In this document: positions 36,560 to 45,479 of the stretch, in pieces
Numbering within the stretch: position 1 is the stretch's first letter
Layout: each line of letters starts with the position of its first letter
NCBI GenBank assembly: GCA_046563655.1
Contig: CM102283.1
Location: 4,588,001 to 4,652,000, forward strand
DNA length: 64,000 bases
Origin: Yuukianura sp. NJ FZ-2021
Lineage: Eukaryota
Direction: 5' to 3'
Program-made: the position numbers and the translations under genes
Notes under the pieces: generated by a model
The model's database searches: none
What the model saw: the letters and a program-made list of their open reading frames with translations, nothing else
What the model was told of the DNA's origin: nothing

Positions 36560-37476
36560 CTTTTGCATGGGTGGGCACGTTGGGGTTGTAGTGGTGGTGG
36601 TGGTGGTGATTGGATGTAAAATTGACAAAAAATGTTGTATTATGCAGTGAGGTTATTGTATTATACAACGTGACCATGGCATTATACAACGTGACCATGG
36701 TATTATACAACGTGGCCATGGTATTATACAATGTGACCATGGTATTATACAACGTGACCATGGTATTGACGATGATCTGACTCTCGAAGGAAGGTTACCT
36801 GCGGGAAATAATCCCGAGGAAGAACTCTGCAAGGTGTACTCACGGAGTAAGTTCCCGTGACATTGACAAAGTCTAGACTTTACTCTCGCAAACTCGCTAT
36901 GTTGTACAGAATAAACTCGGCATTATGTAATGACGTTGTGGTATTATACAACTGGGCCATGGTAGTATGCAGAGAGGCCATTGTATTATGCAGAGAGGCC
37001 ATTGTATTATACAGAGAGGCCATTGTATTATGTAGAGAGACCATTGTATTATGCAGTGAAGTTGTTATATTACGTTAAAAATTCATGCGAATTGAGGGCT
37101 GGCGTCCAAGGGCTGGCGTCCAAGGGCTGGCGTCCAAGGGCTGGCGTCCAAGGGCTGGCGTCCAAGGGCTGGCGTCCAAGGGCTGGCTCACACGACCCAA
37201 AGGCTTCCCCGGGGCTGGGCTGGATAAATCCAGCCATGAGGTGTTCAAGCGTTTCAGCTTGAATACTTTGTACTCTGTAGCCATCTTTTAAAATATTTGG
37301 GGATACGTTTTTCAACAGAAACGACCCTTCTTCCAAGAAACGGCTTACATTCCTATCTTTTAAAACTATTTTGAAAAAATACAAGGTTACACGAGTCAAA
37401 ACGACATTCTCGGAATCTTAAAAATAAAAAAGGTTAAACGGTCGTCGACTCGGAAACGACATACTCGAAATAAACT

Positions 37477-38181
37477 TCAAGCAAAATGAGATATTCGTTG
37501 TTGACGCGCAGTGTAGAGAACGTCAGGGCTCCACAGAAACTTCCATTGTTTTGCAAGCCAGTTTTCTGAATTTTGAATAAATTCTTTATGTGTTTCATGA
37601 GGAGTTGCATTCAGCATTGCCGTCCACCCCACTTTTTCCAGGATGATGAGTGGATTATTTCGAAGAGAATACGTTGGAGCCAAATATCCACGGGCTAAAG
37701 CCGCAATGATAATGTACTTTGCGAACGTCGTTGTATCACAGTTCCAGCCGTTGCATGGTAAGGTATAAGGAGCTTCTTTGCTTCTGGAAAAGTCATAACC
37801 AGGAACTAGGGAATGTGGGTCGGCTGTTGCTTTCTTCCCCTTTCGTAAAATGAATCCAGAACATTGCATGTATTTGCAATAATACTTTTTAAATTTTCGG
37901 AGTCGCGAAATTTCGTCCATAATTTCTTGCAAATCAGCTGATTTAAATACTCCATCTCCAAACAGTTTTTCAATCATGTAGTCGTATTCACCACTATAGT
38001 TGCAGCGACTGTGATCGCAAACCCGAGTAACTGGAAGCGCTTTGTACTCTTCGTGAGTTTTAAACGCTGACGAGTTTTGCAAACAAATTGGAGTTATATA
38101 AAATCCAGGACACTTTTCTGGACGTCTTTCCCATGGAATGCCTCTTACTCGGAGAGCAATTTCATGTTTTACATCTTCCAT
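37477..38181 (-). CDS. Hypothetical protein, 234 aa (arm copy 2)
   Basis: Identical to 32465-33169 except one residue (YIINAA vs YIIIAA). Confidence 0.75.
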   Translation of the reverse strand: MEDVKHEIALRVRGIPWERRPEKCPGFYITPICLQNSSAFKTHEEYKALPVTRVCDHSRCNYSGEYDYMIEKLFGDGVFKSADLQEIMDEISRLRKFKKYYCKYMQCSGFILRKGKKATADPHSLVPGYDFSRSKEAPYTLPCNGWNCDTTTFAKYIIIAALARGYLAPTYSLRNNPLIILEKVGWTAMLNATPHETHKEFIQNSENWLAKQWKFLWSPDVLYTARQQRISHFA

Positions 38182-38591
38182 CTTTTGAGAATGGCTATGG
38201 AGTAGGAATGTTGTAATTTCCACTACTAAGTTTAGAACTGACGATTTCTAGATTCAGAGTTCACTGTTTAAGTAGCCATCGAAGCAATGGTTGAATGCTA
38301 TTTTAAAATATTTTCAAAAAACGTTTTTTCTTGTGACAAGTTGTTTTGAAAAGAACTTTTCGAATTTTTTTATGAAAAATTCCAATACTTGTGTTTTGAC
38401 TTTTTTGTTGTCGGCCTTTTTGTTGTTGACATTTTTGTTGTTGACGTTTTTGACATTTTGCCATTTTAGATGTTGAGATTTTGTCATTATGTATTTTTTG
38501 AGGGGTTTTCCCCTCCCCAATATTGCGCCCGACTAGCCCCCGCGGCTGAGCTAAAAATAAATGAGGTAAAACAACGTTCGAACACTCTACT

Positions 38592-38799
38592 CATATAACA
38601 AAGTTTCACTAAGGTCCACATAGTGAACATCGTTTCCTTTGACTTGGAAAGAAATTGGACCTCCATTTTCACTTAACGTTGACAAGGGGTGATATTCAAA
38701 CATTCCACTACTTTGCAGGCTAACGTCCATTTCTGGTTCACTGAAAATATCAGTTTCACTTCTAACTACTTGTGGGTGGGTAGCGTGTTTGGAACTCAT
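38592..38799 (-). pseudogene. Major capsid protein, 5' part of the split gene
   Basis: SETDIFSEP...EYHPLS...PISFQV.G...YVDLSETLLY is a typical Polinton MCP N-terminus; it is cut at the CATAT TSD. Confidence 0.9.
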
Positions 38800-39218
38800 T
38801 GTTTGTCAAATATATTTCTTGGTTTCTTTTTCTTAGTGACAATAGTTCGATTGAGCTTCCTCTTCATTGAATGTCCATATCCAGACTGAGTGGAAAGAAT
38901 ACCGTCCGTGACGCCTTTAAGTACTCCCTTCAAGGCGGTCGAGCCGTGTTCAGAAATAGCTTCCTTGACAGATTTTTTTCCACCAATCACATCCGAGGCT
39001 ATACCAGCGACGGCAGTTTTAGCATGAGGCATCAAAAATTTGGCCACGTATGGTAAAACTTTTCGAAAAATTGAGCCAAAAATTCCGCCAATTCCGTGAC
39101 CACGCTGACGAAACTGATTGGCTTTGAAGAAAACGGCTCCGTCTGATCCCACAGCCCCTCCTCTCTGGGGATTGTAAATTCTGAAAAAATCTTCCTCGCT
39201 CAAGTTGCATTTGTACAT
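38796..39218 (-). CDS. Small basic/amphipathic virion core protein with QxGG/QxGxG sites, 140 aa
   Basis: QRGG, QRGHGIGGIFGSIFRKVLP, QSGYG and a K-rich tail; lies between the penton and MCP genes as is usual in Polintons. Confidence 0.75.
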   Translation of the reverse strand: MYKCNLSEEDFFRIYNPQRGGAVGSDGAVFFKANQFRQRGHGIGGIFGSIFRKVLPYVAKFLMPHAKTAVAGIASDVIGGKKSVKEAISEHGSTALKGVLKGVTDGILSTQSGYGHSMKRKLNRTIVTKKKKPRNIFDKQ

Positions 39219-39284
39219 GTTGCCAGTTTGACGTCTGAAGAGTTAATGATTGCAAATTTTTTGAGTAAGCTGGTTTTATACACG

Positions 39285-39989
39285 TCAGTATCGCTTCCGT
39301 CGAAAGTGGAGAGTTGCCAAAAAAGTTCCGACTGTAAATGCTGGTGGATCACCAGATTCCGTCATGATGTACATCCATATATGATCAATATCGTCAAATA
39401 CAACATCTATGTATTGGAGATGTTGAAACGATCGGGTCACAACCTTTTTGTGGTCACCAGTATTTGAAATTTTTCTCAACAGTGGGGCAAGGTCACCTCC
39501 AACACGCTGATTTTCAATTATACTGCAGTAGATGAAAAGTTGTGTATGTCCACTCGGTTCAAAAACTTCATAGTTGAAACTCTGTTTTCCTTCATCGTAT
39601 CAAAGAATTTTAGTAGCCTCTTCGTTAAACCTTACAAAGGATTTAGCAGGTTTCTTGACAAATCTGGCTCTCGAATTTCTAATTTCAATTTGTACGATAT
39701 TATCTGATACACGTTTTGCAAGATCGTCTGCAGTCCGAATCAATGCAGCGTCTTCTGAGGAAATGCTGAGCAAATCAAACATTGACCCGCTACCAACTTG
39801 TCGAAGCCACCCTTCCTTGTGCAGCATATACTCGTGATGGACATATGTACACTCTACTAACGCCACCTCGTATTTTACACCCTCTAATCGAATTGTCTCA
39901 GCAAAATGATTTCTAAAATTTGTAATTGTGTTTTCTGGATAATGATTTGACGAAGAATCACTCTGGAGAGTCACGTAAAAGTCTCCCAT
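39285..39989 (-). pseudogene. Minor capsid protein (penton) with one in-frame stop
   Basis: FYVTLQSDSS..YPENT..F, YEVALVE; TGA at 39600-02 (KIL*Y), after which the same frame continues LFIYCSIIENQRVGGDLAPLLR...LHFRR. Confidence 0.9.
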
Positions 39990-40161
39990 GGCTGCTAGTT
40001 TTAGACTAAACACTTAGAATGAAGAACGATCGCTTAAATACCATTTTGGTACGAGTCAAAAAATTTATTTGTTACAATTCTTAAAACTAACAAAATTTGT
40101 AAAATTTTTTAAATATTTCTAAAGTATAAATAGCTTTCAAAATGTCTTTCTAAAAGGGTTT

Positions 40162-40584
40162 TTAAAATTTTGTGTCTTCGATCCAGTATTTTTGTGTATC
40201 AACTTCGTCGTAGTCTTCTTCGGGGATACTATTCAGACGAGGTTTCAGTGATGGAGATTTTCGGTTCCAGACAGCATTGCTCATCGCTTCAGCTACAATG
40301 TCCATTTTCGGCTTCTTTGCTTGTTGACCCTTATCCTCGTAACGCTCCTTGCAATCCAGCAGCAATAGTTCAAAGTTTGGCAGCTCACTCATTGGATGGC
40401 CCGTAGACAGAAAGAAGAGAATCAGCTTCGAAACCAGAAAAGGAATTTCCTTCATCTCAATTGTAGTGTAGTAGCGATCCTTCTTGATAAAGACTTTGTA
40501 TTCTCCATCTTCCAGCTTCCACCAACATTTGACACGATCTTCAAGAGTCTTGCGCACGAATCCTGCAGCGTATGCTTCAACCAT
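40162..40584 (-). CDS. Hypothetical protein, ~140 aa
   Basis: Intact ORF; probable ATG 40584 downstream of ATAAAAA...TCAGTC; acidic DYDEVD tail. Confidence 0.6.
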   Translation of the reverse strand: MVEAYAAGFVRKTLEDRVKCWWKLEDGEYKVFIKKDRYYTTIEMKEIPFLVSKLILFFLSTGHPMSELPNFELLLLDCKERYEDKGQQAKKPKMDIVAEAMSNAVWNRKSPSLKPRLNSIPEEDYDEVDTQKYWIEDTKF

Positions 40585-40902
40585 TGTGGTAATTGAGAAG
40601 TAGTTTTTGAGGAGAAGTTCCGACTGAAGCTGTGATGAGACTGATGGTTTGACGAGCATTTGAGTAGCCTTTTTATTTCAAGTTTTCAGGTAGAAAACTT
40701 AACCTTTTTTCCAATTATAGAAAAAGGAAACGTTCTAACGACTAAAATTTCTTGGGAAAAAAGGATTAAACGAACAACTCAAAAACGATTTTCAACAGAA
40801 ACGAGCCTTTTCCAAGAAAAGGGTTAAATTACTATTTTAGGATTTTTCAAAAAACGTTTTTCTAGAGAATTTGTTTTGAACTTTTTTAATCCAAAAAATT
40901 TG

Positions 40903-41044
40903 AAAATAGCAATAACATTGACCCCAGTCTTGTATCTATGTACTTGTAACTTCTTACCCACAAACGTTGACCCATGTGGTATTCGAACCAGCGACCGCAG
41001 AGAAGTAGTTACAAGCACTTAGACACTAGGCTAGAGTCAATGTT
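40903..41044 (-). ncRNA. Candidate Pol III-transcribed long-hairpin RNA (VA-RNA-like), copy 2
   Basis: The 131-nt hairpin (41044 to 40914) differs from copy 1 at about 7 positions; the A- and B-box-like motifs are identical. T4 (40906-03) and T6 (40898-93) lie downstream. Confidence 0.65.
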
Positions 41045-41165
41045 CGAGATTTCTATGAAAAAATTAAAATACTTGTTTTGTGGGGTTGACCTATTTGCCG
41101 TTGACATTTTTGATGTTGATATTTTTGATGTTGATATTATTGTCAATGTTTTGTCGTTTTTTAGA

Positions 41166-41260
41166 TTTTGAGGGTTTTCCCCTCCCCAATATTGTGCCCG
41201 ACTAGCCCCCGCGGCTGAGCTAAAAATAAATGAGGTACAATTCCTACCGACCCCTCTACT
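41166..41260 (-). repeat. Right terminal inverted repeat of the Polinton
   Basis: Reverse complement of 22061-22155. Confidence 0.93.
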
Positions 41261-41312
41261 TACAGACACATCTCATTCCATTCTAACGCTATTATACAAT
41301 GGTGTTTGATAT
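41261..41312. repeat. 52-bp satellite fragment between the Polinton and the LINE
   Basis: TACAGACACATCTCATTCCATTCTAACGCTATTATACAATGGTGTTTGATAT continues the monomer in register. Confidence 0.97.
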
Positions 41313-41510
41313 TGTTTGTTTGTTTGTTTGTTTATTACACTGCAAGTACCCTGCATGCAGGCAATTACACTTGAGTTTGAGTTAAGTTAAGAAAGGATGT
41401 GTACTTTAGTTACTTGGTAGGTCAATGAAAACAATTATTGAAAAATGTGAGACAATTTAGAAAGAATTACATTAGTAAAATTAAGATTAAAAGTTGAAAT
41501 TAAAATTATT

Positions 41511-44346
41511 TCAGACAAAAGAATTACTTAGGGTGGAGTCAAGACAGGACATATTTGCTAGGTTTGAACTTTTTGTCGTCGTCAAGATTTGTAAATTCAG
41601 AAAATGCTTGTGAAGGGCATTCCGGAAGTGTTCAAATGATTTGTCAATTCCAAGATCCTGAAGTTCAGTCGGTAAGGCGCAGATTATTTTGGCAATTGTA
41701 GGAATGAAGGCCTTTGGATGGAAACGCTTGTCATTCATGGAGACATAGGATCCGCTTCGTGTTGATTTTCTTTGTTTTAGACAGTTTTCAATTTGTAAGA
41801 TGGTCTCTTGGAAGTATGGGATTTGATGAGATTTCATTTTTGCAAATACTTGAACCAATTCGAAAAGGTTGTGATGAGTAGGTAGTAGCCATTGGAGTTC
41901 AAAGTTTAGCTTCTCCATGATACTGTCACGTTTTCTGAGTTGATAGATGAATCTTATACTTTTCCGAAAAATCTTGTTGATGCACTTAAATTGGGAGATT
42001 TTGCAGTTTGCCCAAATGATCAGCATGTATCGCAAAATTGGAGAGATGTACGAAGTAACCATTAGCTTCCTGTGTTTTTCGGAGAGAAGATTCTGAATTG
42101 GATAGAGTGACCACAGAATTGAATTGCATTTCTTGATTATGGAGATGTGATGTTCACACCATGTTAACGTATTGTCAATTGTAAGACCGAGTGATTTGAA
42201 TGATGTTACACTTGTCACACTAGTGTTTCCCACTTGAAGTTGGATTAAGCCAATTTTGTCAATTATTTTCTTCTTCCCAATCAAAAGCACTTTGGTTTTT
42301 TCTATGTTCAATGACATATGATTGCTTTTCATCCAGTTATTAATTTTTCCAATTAATATTTCTGCTGTTTGAATTAAGGAATTCAAATGGTCTGGATCAT
42401 CTGCAAGCACAATGTTGTTGTAGTCTGCAAATAGAATTGCAGACGCTTCAGTGATGATTTCCAAAAGGTCATTGATCATAATGGCAAACAGTAGAGGACC
42501 AAGTACTGAGCCTTGTGGAACTGACAAAATAGTTTGACGGGAACTTGAACTTGAATTGTTAATTTCTACATGCTGTGACCTACTGCTCAGATAGGATTCA
42601 AACCATTTAGTTGAAATGTTGTACCACTGCATTTTATCAATAAGGAAACCTTTGTTGACCGTTTCAAAAGCCTCTTTGAGATCCAAGGAAATCACCAGAC
42701 AGATTTTGCCATGATTAAGGTGGGAGTATATTGTGTCCATTAGTGCCAGTTGAGCCAATGTAGTTGAGTGGTGCTGTCGAAATCCAAATTGGGCCTTATT
42801 CAGTAGAGAGTGGCTGTTCAAAAACTCAGTTAATTGATAGTGAGCAACTTTTTCTAAGAGTTTACCAAGCACTGGTTGGAGGGAGATTGGTCTAGTGTCG
42901 GATGGGTGTTTTGGAACTTTCACTTTTGGCAATGGAACAACTTTTGAATGTTGAAACAATGATGGAAACACTTTTGTTTCAAAGCTTTTGTTTACAAGAT
43001 TTAGCAGTTGCGTTTTTATGTTAGGCGCACTTTCACTGTGGGAAATAATCCAGTTTGAAATGCCGAATTGATCGCTACTTCTGGATTGTTTGTTTTTCAC
43101 ATTCTTCCAAATCTTGTTAAATTGATGAACTGTCACTGGCTTGAGATCAAAAGTTTCAGGGGGAGTGGCAATAGAAGTTGGTTTGATTGGGCAAAGTGTC
43201 GATACTGTTTGAGGTGTGGTGATTGAAGTAAAATATTCATTGATTTCATCTGCACTGAAAGGGAGATCATTGAATTTTGATTTTGTTTTTGACCAGACTT
43301 TTGAAATTGCCTTAAAAGGGCCAAGTTTTTCAATGTCAAGGTTTAAGGTGTCTTTTCTATCACGTAATACAGCTGACTTCACTTTTTTTTGATTTGTTGT
43401 AATTCGAGCTTGAGTGCTTGATCTCTATTTTTGACACTTCCAAGCTGGTCCCTTAATAAAATCAGATTTTTGGTTTCTAGTGAAAGTGTAACTGGCACAA
43501 CTTTCGGTACAAATGAAACAGTTTTGGTTTTTGCTGTGTCATCAAAGTTGGTTTTGATTTTCTGCATAAATTCGTGGAACTGAGAATTTAAATCCATATC
43601 ACTGGTTTGGAATGTTGTGAACACATTCTTGAGGCCAAATTCCTTAAAGTCAAAATTTTTGTAGTCTCGATATGTAAACTGCACTCGTGGAATCTTTGGC
43701 TTCGTCAAGTTGAGTGTTAGAAGGGTCATCGCATGGTCGGAGAGATGGGGATCGATGACACTATGATCCACTACTGTTGTTTTTGAGTTAGTGAATATTA
43801 GGTCGAGTATTGACTCTCCCCTGGTTGGTTGCTCCACTAGTTGATGAAATATGGATGTTGTTTTTTTAACAAGATGACGACATTTAGGAGGAATGTACTT
43901 CTGGTTTAAGTTGAAGTCTCCAAAGACGAAGCTGTTTTTCCTGCTGAGACTCAATTCATTAAAGAGTTTGTTTAATGAATCTAAATCACTGTTGATTATT
44001 TCAGAAGAGAATTTGGAATACGGTAAACACTGGAGGCGAGAAAGCATTTGTTGTGGTTGAGTTGAATTGATAGGGTAATCACTTCAAAGTTACAGTTAAG
44101 AGGCAAGTTGACAACTTTCACTTTTGACTTCAGGGTAGATCTAACAAGGATGCCTACACCTCCTTTTGCTTGCCATTCTCTGTCTAGGTGAAAGAATTCG
44201 AATCCTTCAATTGATCTTGGTGGGTTAGTGATCTTCAGATGCGTTTCAGAGATACACAAGACGTCGAGATTGTAAGAGTCGATCAGTATTTTTATTAATT
44301 CACATTTAGAGTTGAATCCACAAACATTAAGGCCAGCAATTTTCAA
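41511..44346 (-). pseudogene. LINE ORF2: AP endonuclease plus reverse transcriptase, frameshifted
   Basis: GLNV, ISETHL, GDFN, ILDLIF and SDH (APE); RPISL, QFGFR and PQGSVLGPLLF (RT). The catalytic FADD reads FADY. Frameshifts near 44010-44040 and 43385 (T9 run). Confidence 0.92.
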
Positions 44347-44388
44347 TTTTTTACAGGAAGTTGATGGAGCCGCGTCAAGATGATCTAG

Positions 44389-45138
44389 TCATTTCTGGTT
44401 TGGGTGAGAATTACTAACTCGAGGTTGAGGCAAAATTGTAGGATTTGACGTGCGTTTGAGTGCTCTGTTGATTCTTGTAGCTTTGGGTACGTCATCTCTA
44501 AGTACAAGTCTATCACCAGGTGGTGAGGTCGGCAAATCAAATCGTTTTCCCCAAACAGCGTTTCTTTCGTTTCTGGATCTGAAAACGATTTTTACGGGAG
44601 GAATTCGAGTGCCATTGAAGTTACCAAGACGGGAGGAGGCAGAGACGAAGTTAGTGTTAGTGAGTCCAGTCAATTCAGAGCAGAGATTTTCAATGTAATC
44701 GTTAAGTAGAGATTCGGTTTCATTCGTAAGTTTGTTCAGTCCATGCAGGATGAGGTTCGATTTACCAAGTTCAATCTGGATTTGTTCAATTTCCTTGTCA
44801 TGTGTGGATAGTTTGGCAGTGTCCGCATCTTGTCTTGATTCAACAATAGAAACTCGGCTTTGAAGTGATGTGATTTGAGATGAGAGGTCGGTAATTTGCT
44901 GGGACAGTTTGTGATTGTCTTTTTGTAGATCAATTCGAAGCTGATTAATGGCTGCCAGTACAGTTTCGTTGGTCATTTTCGGTTTCTTTGGGCCAAGGGA
45001 AGCAGAATTGTCGTCGACTGAAATATTGGCTTTTCGTTTTGAACTTCTTGTGTTTGGTTGATTTGTGTTTGGCAACTGAACAACGTTCGCAGTGTCTGGT
45101 GGAGTATTAATCGTGGAGTCACTGGTTAGGGAACTCAT
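44389..45138 (-). CDS. LINE ORF1 (coiled coil plus RRM-like domain), ~249 aa
   Basis: Heptad segment (LSQQITDLSSQITSLQSRV) followed by NLILHGL...RLG...PVKIVF, typical of LINE ORF1; lies immediately 5' of ORF2. Confidence 0.8.
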   Translation of the reverse strand: MSSLTSDSTINTPPDTANVVQLPNTNQPNTRSSKRKANISVDDNSASLGPKKPKMTNETVLAAINQLRIDLQKDNHKLSQQITDLSSQITSLQSRVSIVESRQDADTAKLSTHDKEIEQIQIELGKSNLILHGLNKLTNETESLLNDYIENLCSELTGLTNTNFVSASSRLGNFNGTRIPPVKIVFRSRNERNAVWGKRFDLPTSPPGDRLVLRDDVPKATRINRALKRTSNPTILPQPRVSNSHPNQK

Positions 45139-45479
45139 TGGAAGGATGTACAATGTCCGTCAGGCACCAAAAGATTACTTCCATGTCCGTTTGCTTGTTT
45201 GATGAGTTTTTTCTGGATGTCCGCAAGAGCCTTTAGTCCAATGTTCGTTGATGTTGATCCGTGGAGGTCACGTATGTCAATGGAAGCACCAGTTATGTCC
45301 AGGTGTTTCGTCCAGATGATTGTAACTGATGATTGCACGAAGTGGGATTAACTCACACTTGAAGATTCAATTAGCAATTGATTTGAACTGTGAATTTGGG
45401 ATGCACGGTGTTAAAATGGCGCCTGGTGGGATACTCCGTTGAAATTGTGTAGTTGAGTGGACTATTGCTGCGAGAGGAG

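Larger units (their letters stand above)
30381..38591. mobile_element. Nested 8.2-kb Polinton-related insertion inside the MCP gene
   Basis: Starts AGTAGATAGC and ends ACTCTACT; flanked by CATAT at 30376-30380 and 38592-38596. Confidence 0.93.
32055..38591. mobile_element. 6.5-kb non-autonomous Polinton derivative with 2.1-kb inverted arms
   Basis: Ends are AGTAGAGTGTTCGAAC and GTTCGAACACTCTACT. The arms are near-identical inverted copies around a 2.36-kb unique core with two convergent genes. No polymerase, integrase or capsid gene. Confidence 0.85.
36488..38591 (-). repeat. Right inverted arm (2104 bp)
   Basis: Differs from the left arm by two extra 14-bp units (28 bp) and a few SNPs. Confidence 0.95.
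22061..41260. mobile_element. Polinton/Maverick (adintovirus-like) endogenous DNA virus, defective copy
   Basis: Begins AGTAGAGGGGTCGGTAGGAATT and ends AATTCCTACCGACCCCTCTACT. TACAG is duplicated at 22056-22060 and 41261-41265 within the satellite motif GGCTATACAGACAC. Encodes pPolB, ATPase, rve integrase, adenain-like protease, MCP and penton homologs. Confidence 0.97.
41313..45479 (-). mobile_element. Non-LTR retrotransposon (CR1/L2-like LINE), apparently full length but degenerate
   Basis: TGATAT duplicated at 41307-12 and 45480-85. The 3' end reads AATAAACAAACAAACAAAC on the minus strand. ORF1 plus APE-RT ORF2. Confidence 0.93.

Noticed and set aside
32055-38591. Assembly fold-back artefact explaining the inverted arms
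   Set aside because: The arms differ in minisatellite copy number and several SNPs, end in proper termini, and enclose two distinct intact genes. Read confirmation is still desirable.
32050-38596. Own TSD for the 6.5-kb inverted-arm element
   Set aside because: Flanks are AAGGT and CATAT; the CATAT match lies at 30376-30380 instead.
23570-39602. Programmed stop read-through or alternative genetic code in pPolB and penton
   Set aside because: The stops are of different types (TGA, TAA), the same codons terminate other genes, and the element has other lesions; decay is the simpler explanation.
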